Assembly: GCA_034434695.1 (NCBI GenBank)
Contig: DAOTYY010000113.1
Location: 1,979-65,978 of the forward strand
Origin: Anaerolineaceae bacterium
GTDB taxonomy: Bacteria; Chloroflexota; Anaerolineae; Anaerolineales; Anaerolineaceae
Reading direction: 5' to 3'
DNA length: 64,000 nt
Part shown: positions 38,076-46,392 of the stretch, one piece after another
Position numbering within the stretch: position 1 is the stretch's first letter
How the letters are laid out: every line of letters begins with the position of its first letter
Program-made: the position numbers and the translations under genes
Notes under the pieces: model-generated
Told to the model about the DNA's origin: nothing
Database searches by the model: none
Seen by the model: only the letters and a program-made list of their open reading frames with translations

Positions 38076-38813
38076 ACTACACTGTCCAGCATAATAAGCT
38101 GCCCCGATAACGCCAGCATGATTCAGAAAGTGGGCTGTTATTAACTTTGCACGCGTACTCAAATAAGGGAAAAACTTCGCTGAATCTTTGCTAATTCCCC
38201 CACCAATAATGATTACATCAGGGGAAATCAATTTCTCCATTTCACTTAAATATTCCTGTAATCTTTTCGCATATTGCTTGTACGACAACTTTTTCATAAC
38301 GCGAACCGCAGCAGAGGCTCTCTTTTCCGCATCTTTCCCGCGGATAATCAGATGACCAAACTCGGTATTGGGCAACAAAACACCATTTGTAAAAATTGCC
38401 GACCCAATCCCGGTGCCAAGGGTCAACACCAAAACAACACCTTTCTGGTACTCCCGCCCGCTTCCAAAATTCATCTCCGCTAAACCAGCAGCATCCGCAT
38501 CATTTAGCGCATAAACTGGGCACCCCGTCACTTCATGTAAATATGTTTCCCCGTTAATTCCAATCCAGCCCGAATCAATATTTGCAGCAGTGTGAATCAC
38601 TCCCGAAATCACCACTGACGGGAAGCCGACCCCCACAGGGCCAGTCCAACCGTGCATTTTGAGAAGGTCATTGATAACCTTCGCCACCTCTTCCGGCTTT
38701 GCACCAGGTGGTGTTGGCAAACGCTTGCGTTCGGTAATCAATTTCCCACTGACAACATCCACGATAGCTCCTTTTATTCCTGATCCACCCACATCAATTC
38801 CAAAGACATGCAT
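38031..38813 (-). CDS. ppgK: ROK-family polyphosphate/ATP glucokinase
   Basis: Motifs seen are FGIDVGGSGIKGAIVD, LNDADAAGLAE and TLGTGIGSAIF. The protein is 260 aa. Confidence 0.85.
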   Translation of the reverse strand: MHVFGIDVGGSGIKGAIVDVVSGKLITERKRLPTPPGAKPEEVAKVINDLLKMHGWTGPVGVGFPSVVISGVIHTAANIDSGWIGINGETYLHEVTGCPVYALNDADAAGLAEMNFGSGREYQKGVVLVLTLGTGIGSAIFTNGVLLPNTEFGHLIIRGKDAEKRASAAVRVMKKLSYKQYAKRLQEYLSEMEKLISPDVIIIGGGISKDSAKFFPYLSTRAKLITAHFLNHAGVIGAAYYAGQCSLASQNIAGENSAVG

Positions 38814-38844
38814 AACGAACCTCCATAAAAATAAGACAAATCAT

Positions 38845-39975
38845 TCACTGGCAGGCATTTGCCAGATGTTCTTCATATGTAACTGCAAAACTGTGTCTCC
38901 CAGAACCATCACAACTTGCCCGAAAATAATAGTAGCGAGGTTCATTCTGCGGGTTAGCGACAGCCTGCAAAGCTGATAGCGAGGGATTGCAGATTGGACC
39001 AGGCGGCAAACCCGGGTACAAATAAGTATTATAGGGAGATTGAACCTGTAACTGATTTGCACTCAGCGGATTTGTCCACCAGGTTTTTTTGTCGTGATTA
39101 TATCCCAACGCATACTGCACCGTAGGATCGCTTTGCAACGGCATTCCGGCATTCAAACGGTTGATGAAAACAGCAGCAATGACAGGCTGCTCTTCTGAAA
39201 CAACCGCTTCTCGTTGCACAATGGAAGCCAGAGTCACCGCCTGTTTCAAGGTTAAACCTTGTTGCTCAAAAGCCAGTCGCATCTCTGGAGTTACCTTGGC
39301 ATCAAAGTTGCTCAAAAATAACTCGAGCAATGCTTCAGCAGTGATATCCCGCCGCACCTGATACACATCTGGCAACAAAAATCCCTCCAAAGATACAAGC
39401 TCTGACCAATCGGTTAATCCACTCGGCAGGTTGAAGAGGTTGGGAGTTTTGCATAACCGTAAGAACTCATCCTCGGATATAGACAACCCCGATGTTGGCA
39501 GGGAAGCTGAAATCTCCTCCAGCCGCCAGCCGGGCAAAATCACAAACGGCACTTCCAACGACATCGGATTGTACAAGGCATGCGCAATTTCAATCATATT
39601 GGATGATGCGCTTAACTTGTAATCTCCAGCCTGAAGACGAGTATCTAAACCAGCATACAGGAGATAAGTCTCAAACAACCTGGCATCCGTGATAAAACCT
39701 TCCTGTGCCAGTCTTTGAGCTATTATGCTGGCAGTCTCACCCTGTTGAACTTTAAAGGAGCGCGGCTGCCAGCTTGAGTCCAAAGGCTGTGTCATCCTTG
39801 ACCAGTTCCAAACCAGCCGGGCAGAGTAAGAGAGACGCTTAAAAAACGGCAAGCTTGGATCAGCGGGACCAAATTCACGCTCAGCCTGCCGTTCTAAATT
39901 TAAAACTGCCCAAACAGCGCCCAAAGCACCAATACAGAGCAATAGAAAAAACACGATGACTAACAATCTGGACAT
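38845..39975 (-). CDS. mltG: Endolytic murein transglycosylase MltG (YceG-like)
   Basis: It has an N-terminal TM. Motifs seen are TLASIVQREA and LQSDPTVQYAL. Confidence 0.9.
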   Translation of the reverse strand: MSRLLVIVFFLLLCIGALGAVWAVLNLERQAEREFGPADPSLPFFKRLSYSARLVWNWSRMTQPLDSSWQPRSFKVQQGETASIIAQRLAQEGFITDARLFETYLLYAGLDTRLQAGDYKLSASSNMIEIAHALYNPMSLEVPFVILPGWRLEEISASLPTSGLSISEDEFLRLCKTPNLFNLPSGLTDWSELVSLEGFLLPDVYQVRRDITAEALLELFLSNFDAKVTPEMRLAFEQQGLTLKQAVTLASIVQREAVVSEEQPVIAAVFINRLNAGMPLQSDPTVQYALGYNHDKKTWWTNPLSANQLQVQSPYNTYLYPGLPPGPICNPSLSALQAVANPQNEPRYYYFRASCDGSGRHSFAVTYEEHLANACQ

Positions 39976-39980
39976 AAATG

Positions 39981-40406
39981 TCAGATCCTCGCAGATTGAG
40001 CATCCAGAAAATCCTGCAAAATCACTGTGGCAGCGAGCGCATCCAGCTTTGAGCGATTCTTTCGTCGGACACTGCCCATTCTTGTCAGCATCTCACTAGC
40101 TTTCAAAGTACTGCCACTTTCATCCCACAGAACAACTGGTATATTTGTCTGAGAACGAATCGCCTCTGCCAGCCGGGATGCTTTCCGAGATGCTGGGCCA
40201 ACGTTTCCATCGCTATCCAGCGGCTGTCCAACCACAATCAAAACAACCTCGTTTGTACTGGCTAATTGAGCAATTGTAGCTGCATCCACCAGCCTAGCAA
40301 CATGCTGAATAACCGTTAATGGGTTAGCAATTGTCCCGCTGGGATCGCTGACTGCAATTCCCAAGCGCTTTTCGCCCGGGTCAACCGCCATCACGCGCCC
40401 TTTCAT
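39981..40406 (-). CDS. ruvX: Holliday-junction-resolvase-like RuvX/YqgF
   Basis: The sequence reads MAVDPGEKRLGIAVSD...ANPL...VVGQPL and ends ...DALAATVILQDFL. Confidence 0.9.
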   Translation of the reverse strand: MKGRVMAVDPGEKRLGIAVSDPSGTIANPLTVIQHVARLVDAATIAQLASTNEVVLIVVGQPLDSDGNVGPASRKASRLAEAIRSQTNIPVVLWDESGSTLKASEMLTRMGSVRRKNRSKLDALAATVILQDFLDAQSARI

Positions 40407-41893
40407 TGCACCTCAAGCTTAATTCGCCCGGGTAAATAGGGCAACCTGGGCCACCAGGCAGGGTGAAGAATAATTTTGGGTGAATGCTCTGTTGGCACAC
40501 GGTTCTCCAGCAGTGATAGCGCACTGTCCCGTTTTGCTCCAGCAAGTATGGAGCGCAATTCATCGCTCCAAAAACTTCCCCGAATCCGGCGCACAGCAAA
40601 AATATCCCAGCAGATTGAATGCTCTACCAGTGCAGGCTCACTCAGGGAAGTCACGATCAGCGAATCTTGTACAGGTTGATAATTATCCGGGAGGCTGGCA
40701 TCCAAGCCCAAACGCGCAACTTCCTCAATATCTTTTTGAGATACAGACCAGATTGTATACTCTGCACGCATCTTGAGCCATAAATAATCTCCAGGTTGTC
40801 CCTCAGGCGGTTCGCCCGTTTCTTCCAGAACTTTCACTAGCTGAAGCGTAGGCAAGAGAATTTGCCGCCCAGAAAGACTCACCTGAAATTCTCTAATAGC
40901 GGCTTGCTCAAGTGAAGATAAAAGTTTTCTTCTCAGCCTCTGATAGTCCTCATCCGTAGGTGTAGGGACAAAAAAATCCTCTCCGCCTTGTGTAGGTTGT
41001 GGATTACTGACCATCACGAGCAAGCCAATCTCACCCTCAACTGCTCCGATTTGTCCTGGCATTACATTTCCCAGACTACCCGGCAACAATGCCCGCACAG
41101 CGGCCAAAGCACTCTGACCATAGCCGGCTGGGATGCGAGTTTCGACCTCCGTCTGAAACTTGACGACAGGATCAGACAGCGTTGTAACCACAGTTCCTGA
41201 CGGAACAATTACCTCATGCTCGGTCAGATTTGTGATCACAATCTCGCCTGTTGCTGCAATACCAGGATAAGCTTGCTTTCCACTGCTCGTGATCCAATCC
41301 TGTCCCTCAACAATGGTTGAATGTTCACTAGCAGGAATTTTGCCAGACAAACTTACCCCTGAAAACTGTGTACCTGCCGAGATTGATAAAGTTAAATTCT
41401 GCTCCATTTCACTGATAGGTAAAATGATTTCCGCACTGGGTAAAAATATAAAAGTGAGTATAAAAACTGCCAGCATTGCACTTCCAAAAAAAACATAGCG
41501 CGTTTTCTTGAAAGGATCAATTGCCCAACCTGTTCTTCGCTTTTGCTGATCAGAAAGAATCTTTCTGATCTGGGCGACATGTGGACGAAATACAAACTTC
41601 CTTCGCCGTCCACGCCGCCAGGGTTTTCGTTGTGCTTGAGTAGTCGTCTCGAAAACAGGAATGGATATCTCATGGCTATACGCAACAACTGTCGGGTCAT
41701 TCGTGACCAGTCCAAGCTGTGCCCCCTGCGCAATGCAATGACGTTGTAGAATAACCAGATCAAGTTTTCGAATAAACAACCTGGCGCGCTTTGGCCAGAC
41801 CAAAAGCACGCGCTGTGCTTTGCTCCAAGTGATTTTGTCACGAAGCGAAGCTAAATCATCATGTGGCTCAAGTTGAATGATGAACGTTTTCAT
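40403..41893 (-). CDS. Hypothetical single-TM protein; the central region possibly contains a baseplate-J(gp47)-like domain
   Basis: The TM is at about aa 135-155. The segment ALLPGSLGNVMPGQIGAVEG resembles the G..GN motif of baseplate J proteins, recalled from memory. It is ATGA-coupled to ruvX. Confidence 0.45.
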   Translation of the reverse strand: MKTFIIQLEPHDDLASLRDKITWSKAQRVLLVWPKRARLFIRKLDLVILQRHCIAQGAQLGLVTNDPTVVAYSHEISIPVFETTTQAQRKPWRRGRRRKFVFRPHVAQIRKILSDQQKRRTGWAIDPFKKTRYVFFGSAMLAVFILTFIFLPSAEIILPISEMEQNLTLSISAGTQFSGVSLSGKIPASEHSTIVEGQDWITSSGKQAYPGIAATGEIVITNLTEHEVIVPSGTVVTTLSDPVVKFQTEVETRIPAGYGQSALAAVRALLPGSLGNVMPGQIGAVEGEIGLLVMVSNPQPTQGGEDFFVPTPTDEDYQRLRRKLLSSLEQAAIREFQVSLSGRQILLPTLQLVKVLEETGEPPEGQPGDYLWLKMRAEYTIWSVSQKDIEEVARLGLDASLPDNYQPVQDSLIVTSLSEPALVEHSICWDIFAVRRIRGSFWSDELRSILAGAKRDSALSLLENRVPTEHSPKIILHPAWWPRLPYLPGRIKLEVQ

Positions 41894-41907
41894 GAGTTGT
41901 GAAGAAA

Positions 41908-42516
41908 TTATACAATACCATAATGCCCTAAAAGCAGCTTTTTGTGATATTTCTGCTTCAAACGAATAATTTCATCTTCCTGCAGAAACCTCCACTCACC
42001 AGGTTTCAAATCACCCAGCGTCAGTTCACCAATGGCTATGCGTACAAGCCTCAAGGTTGGCAAACCAACTGCAGCAGTCATGTGGCGAATCTGATGCTTT
42101 TTACCCTCAAAAATCACCATCCGCAGCCAGCTCGTCTCTCCATGTGGTGTTATCGTTTTCATCTGACGCGGTGGTAAATCAGGTTCAGGGATAACCATGA
42201 CTTGACAACGGCGCGTCTTAACCCCGCGCAAAAGAATACCTCTCTCAAGCGAAGCTAGTTGTTCTAACCCAGGAACTCCCTCGACTTGCACCAAATAGGT
42301 TTTTGGCAAATGCCAGCGCGGATCGGTCAGACGTTGAATCAGTCTGCCATCGTTCGTCAGCAACATTAGACCCTCGCTATCCATATCTAGACGCCCAGCT
42401 GCATATACACCGGGAACGCTAATATAGTCCTTGAGTGTCGGGCGACCTGCGGTATCCGTAAAAGTGGATAAAACTCCATAGGGCTTATGAAAGATCAGAT
42501 AACGATAGGACTGCAT
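41908..42516 (-). CDS. Pseudouridine synthase, RsuA/RluE family (no S4 domain)
   Basis: Motifs seen are AAGRLDMDSEGLMLLTNDG, KTYLVQV and EGKKHQIRHM. Confidence 0.88.
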   Translation of the reverse strand: MQSYRYLIFHKPYGVLSTFTDTAGRPTLKDYISVPGVYAAGRLDMDSEGLMLLTNDGRLIQRLTDPRWHLPKTYLVQVEGVPGLEQLASLERGILLRGVKTRRCQVMVIPEPDLPPRQMKTITPHGETSWLRMVIFEGKKHQIRHMTAAVGLPTLRLVRIAIGELTLGDLKPGEWRFLQEDEIIRLKQKYHKKLLLGHYGIV

Positions 42517-42554
42517 ACCTGCATTCTAACACAACAAAAATATGGCTTTTGCGC

Positions 42555-42673
42555 GTGATTGTTCCAAATTTAGTAGATATGCGTTGAAACCGCCAGATTT
42601 GGGGGATAGTAAGGGTTCCTGATCGCCAGATATGGTGGTTGTCAGTTAAGTTTACCAGTTTTGGAACAGTCAC
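42555..42673 (+). mobile_element. MITE-like repeat, copy B (119 bp)
   Basis: The ends are GTGATTGTTCCAAATTTAGTAGATATGCGTTGAAACCGCCAGATTTGGGGG...CAGTTTTGGAACAGTCAC. I count about 9 mismatches to copy C by eye. Confidence 0.8.
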
Positions 42674-42791
42674 GTTTACGCCAATTTTTCAGAACATAAG
42701 TGCTATAATCAATAACAAGGAAAAATGCGAGGTTTTCTCTTTGCAAATGATTGACCAACGTGATAGGATTCTTTAGAAATCAACAAGAGGT

Positions 42792-43658
42792 ATGGCGATA
42801 ATGGATTTTGTAAATATCTCACGGGACCTAACGAAAGTTTGTTTGATTCTGGCGGTTATCCTGACAATGGGTAACGCATGCAATCTTCCACAAAACAAAC
42901 CTATGCCAACAGTTGATATGGTCGCCAGTGTTGTTGCTCAAACACTAACCGCTCAATCAACTGTGGAAACTTCGATGCAAAAAACATCTATCCCCCTCAC
43001 GATTACTCCCCCAGCTATGATTATGATAACGCTTCCGGTCACCGAAACGCCAACTCCTACTCCAACCCTGACAGAAGATTTCAAAGCGACTCTTGGCAAC
43101 CCAACGCTCAAAGACACGCTGGACAATGGAAAGGGATTTGGATTAAGCGGGGAAGGATATAGCGATGATGCTGCCAGCATCTCTGTTTCCGGAGGAGTAA
43201 TGAATTTGCTGTCACGCAGTATGCTTGGCTGGCACACGTGGCGTGTTCGTCCCCCTCAAACTACCGATTTCTACCTAGAAGGTAAATTTATTACCCAGAG
43301 CTGCGCAAATAACGATCAGTTTGGGTTGGTCTTTCGCTCCCCCAACTACGAGAGCGGATATGGATATTACTATGCCTTGTGGTGTAATGGAAGTCTCAGC
43401 CTCGCACGTCGGGATGATCATGGGACAACCTACTTGCTGAATAACATTTCGTCTCCATTCAGTCTTAGCGGTTCAGGACAAATCAACCACCTTGGAGTTT
43501 TGGCGCGCGGCACCCACTTGAAACTCTTCATCAATGACAAACCCGTTCAGGAACTGGATGACAATTCATTTATTAGCGGCTTCTTTGGGGTGTTTACAGT
43601 AGGCTATAGTGGCAACTTGAACGTGCAGCTAGATGAAATAACTCTGTGGAAACAATAA
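42792..43658 (+). CDS. Exported protein with a Thr/Pro linker and a concanavalin/LamG-like (DUF1080-type) domain
   Basis: It has a signal/anchor helix and a TETPTPTPTLT linker. The C-terminal pattern is FGLVFRS...GYYYALW...LKLFINDKPV...FGVFTVG...LDEITLW. Confidence 0.6.
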   Translation: MAIMDFVNISRDLTKVCLILAVILTMGNACNLPQNKPMPTVDMVASVVAQTLTAQSTVETSMQKTSIPLTITPPAMIMITLPVTETPTPTPTLTEDFKATLGNPTLKDTLDNGKGFGLSGEGYSDDAASISVSGGVMNLLSRSMLGWHTWRVRPPQTTDFYLEGKFITQSCANNDQFGLVFRSPNYESGYGYYYALWCNGSLSLARRDDHGTTYLLNNISSPFSLSGSGQINHLGVLARGTHLKLFINDKPVQELDDNSFISGFFGVFTVGYSGNLNVQLDEITLWKQ

Positions 43659-43672
43659 AAAAGGGAGAAAAA

Positions 43673-44236
43673 ATGATTTCCTCCGCTAGAGAGCAAGCCG
43701 TTCAAGAAGCACTGCGGATCCTTCAACAAAATCCTATCTATTTGGATACCGAAACAACCGGACTGGGTTTAGATGATGAAATCATTGAAATCGCATTACT
43801 GGATGATAACGAAAACATTTTGTTTCAGTCTTTTGTTCGTCCCAGCCAGCCAATCCCACCCGGAACAACCGCAATTCATGGGATCACAAATGATATGGTT
43901 CAAAATGCTCCCCCTTGGCCCATTGTCTGGCAAAATGTTCGCAACATTGTGCGCGACCGCTCCATAGCAATATACAATGCAGATTTTGATATCCGTATGA
44001 TGAAACAATCCATGACCCGTTACCGCCAACCCTGGAAAGAGACGTTGTCAACCGTATGCATTATGCGGCTTTACGCAGCTTATCGCGGCGAGTGGGACAG
44101 CCGGCGTATGACCTACCGCTTCATCAGTTTGGAACAAGCCGGCAAACAATGTGGGATCCCACTGCCGAATGCACATCGCGCCATTGCAGATACAATACTT
44201 GCCCGCGCCCTGCTACACTACATCGCCGAGTTATAA
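43673..44236 (+). CDS. DEDDh 3'-5' exonuclease (DnaQ-like)
   Basis: ExoI is YLDTETTGL..DEIIEIA, ExoII is IYNADFDIRMM and ExoIII is HRAIADT. GGGAG lies upstream of the ATG at 43673. Confidence 0.85.
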   Translation: MISSAREQAVQEALRILQQNPIYLDTETTGLGLDDEIIEIALLDDNENILFQSFVRPSQPIPPGTTAIHGITNDMVQNAPPWPIVWQNVRNIVRDRSIAIYNADFDIRMMKQSMTRYRQPWKETLSTVCIMRLYAAYRGEWDSRRMTYRFISLEQAGKQCGIPLPNAHRAIADTILARALLHYIAEL

Positions 44237-44268
44237 AACTCAATAGAACATCCACTACCCGACCAAAA

Positions 44269-46392
44269 ATGATTGCACTCACAGACAGTCAACGCACGAT
44301 TTTAGAACATTGCCTGGATAAAACGCTTTTTCTGGAGGGCCCCGCAGGAAGCGGCAAGACCACAACAGCAATCTTTCATCTCCGCAACTTGCAGAAACAG
44401 GGCATACCAACAGAGACCATACTTATTCTCGTCCCTCAGCGCACACTGGCAATGCCTTACTACACCTTCTTGCGAGAGCCTAGTCAACCTGCTGGTGGAA
44501 CGGCCAGCATTGTGACCTTGAGTGGTTTGGCGCAGCGCATGATTGAGCTGTTTTGGCCGCTCATTGCCCAAAATGCCGGGTTTTCCAAACCAACTCAGCC
44601 GCCTATCTTCCTCACATTGGAAACAGCCCAATATTATATGGCGCGTATTGTCGAGCCGCTCATTGAGAGTGAAGGCTTTTTTGAGTCTGTCAATCTGGAT
44701 CAGAACCGAATTTACAGCCAGATTCTGGATAACCTGAATAAATCGGCTGCAATAGGGATTCCGCTAGAGGAAATTGGTACTCGTCTAAAGAAAGCCTGGG
44801 GTGGAAAGCCTTCTCAAATGGTTGTTTACGACCAGATGCAGGAATGTGCCATCCGCTTCCGTCGTTTCTGCCTTCAACACAACCTGCTGGATTTCTCTTT
44901 ACAACTCAGTGTTTTTTGTAACCATCTCTGGCCATCATGGCTTTGCCAGAAATATCTCCTCAACCGTTACCAACACCTGATTTATGACAATATTGAGGAA
45001 GATGTCCCAATAGCACATGATATTATCCGAAACTGGCTGCCCTACTTTCGCAGCGCACTATTAATTTATGATGCTGGCGGCGGCTATCGTTCGTTCCTGG
45101 GTGCTGACCCTGAGAGCGGTTACACCTTGCGCCTGGCATGTCAAGAAAGCATGCAACTGAACCAAACTCTAATATCTTCTTCTGAACTGCAAGCTTTCAA
45201 CCAAGCGCTGGCACAAAGCATTCAACGACGTCCATTGACAGTTACCCCCTCTATCCGCCAGTCGCTGAGCTTTCGATACCACCGTTACACCCCCGAAATG
45301 ATTGAGGATGTATGCCAACAGGTTTACCAGTTAATCACAGAAAACCGGGTATCCCCCGATGAAATTACCATCATTGCACCGTTTATATCTGATGCATTGC
45401 GTTTCCTGCTCATCAACCGTATGGAACAGTTAGGAATTCCTGCGCGTTCACACCGTCCCTCTCGTAGTTTGCGAGATGAACCGGCAACCCAGTGTCTGCT
45501 TACTTGGGCAAAGCTGGCACATCCTCACTGGAACATGCCGGTCTTTCAACACGAAGTGTGCAACGCTCTGATACAATCTATTACAGGTCTTGACCTGCCA
45601 CGCGCAAGTCTTTTAGCGCAAATCGTTCACCGTCCAGGCAGGCAAAGCAAAGAGTTGGGGTCATTTGATCGCATCAATCCAGACATGCAGCAACGTATTA
45701 CCTATTTTGTGGGCGAACGGTACGAGCATTTGCGAAGTTGGATTATAGAGTACCAATCAGCCGCGAAATCACTGCCTGAAGAAAATTCCTGTCTGGAAGG
45801 ATTCCTCAGCCGTCTGTTTGGTGAAGTGCTTTCTCAGCCGGGTTTTGGCTTTTATCAAAATTTTGACGCTGCCAAAATCTGTGCTGAACTGATCGAATCG
45901 GTGCAAAAGTTTCGCCGTGTTGTCAGCAACACATATGATTCCTCCCAATACCCACTGGCTGTTGAGTACATTCAGATGATTCACAAAGGCGTCCTAGCAG
46001 CACAATATTTACAATCCTGGCAGGAGCTAAACAAAAAGGCTGTCCTTATTGCACCGGCTTATACCTATCTAATGCTCAATCAACCGGTTCAGTATCAATT
46101 TTGGCTTGATATTGGCAGCCTGGGCTGGTGGGAGCGTCTCAATCAACCGCTCACTCACCCCTATGTATTAAGCCGCCGCTGGAATGAGGTTGAGATTTGG
46201 GATGATATCCACGAACAACAAACCAACCAAAGAACAATGGAGCGTCTGGTCAATGGGTTAATCCAACGTTGCCGAACGGGCATCTTTCTTTACGTCCTAG
46301 GCATCAACGAGCAGGGTAACGAACAACGTGGGCCATTATTGCAAGCGATTCAGTCGGTTTTGCGGCATCTGCCTCAAAATGTGGGAGAATAA
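44269..46392 (+). CDS. UvrD-like SF1 P-loop protein without a nuclease domain (AddB-helicase-lobe-like)
   Basis: Walker A is LEGPAGSGKTTTA and the motif-II-like segment is LIYDNIEED. The protein is 707 aa from the ATG at 44269. The track ORF extension back to 44056 overlaps the exonuclease gene. Confidence 0.75.
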   Translation: MIALTDSQRTILEHCLDKTLFLEGPAGSGKTTTAIFHLRNLQKQGIPTETILILVPQRTLAMPYYTFLREPSQPAGGTASIVTLSGLAQRMIELFWPLIAQNAGFSKPTQPPIFLTLETAQYYMARIVEPLIESEGFFESVNLDQNRIYSQILDNLNKSAAIGIPLEEIGTRLKKAWGGKPSQMVVYDQMQECAIRFRRFCLQHNLLDFSLQLSVFCNHLWPSWLCQKYLLNRYQHLIYDNIEEDVPIAHDIIRNWLPYFRSALLIYDAGGGYRSFLGADPESGYTLRLACQESMQLNQTLISSSELQAFNQALAQSIQRRPLTVTPSIRQSLSFRYHRYTPEMIEDVCQQVYQLITENRVSPDEITIIAPFISDALRFLLINRMEQLGIPARSHRPSRSLRDEPATQCLLTWAKLAHPHWNMPVFQHEVCNALIQSITGLDLPRASLLAQIVHRPGRQSKELGSFDRINPDMQQRITYFVGERYEHLRSWIIEYQSAAKSLPEENSCLEGFLSRLFGEVLSQPGFGFYQNFDAAKICAELIESVQKFRRVVSNTYDSSQYPLAVEYIQMIHKGVLAAQYLQSWQELNKKAVLIAPAYTYLMLNQPVQYQFWLDIGSLGWWERLNQPLTHPYVLSRRWNEVEIWDDIHEQQTNQRTMERLVNGLIQRCRTGIFLYVLGINEQGNEQRGPLLQAIQSVLRHLPQNVGE

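Noticed and set aside
44056-44268. A 71-codon N-terminal extension of the UvrD-like ORF.
   Set aside because: It overlaps the 3' end of the exonuclease gene and is Arg/Thr/Cys-rich with no motif. The ATG at 44269 precedes the Walker A region at the normal distance.
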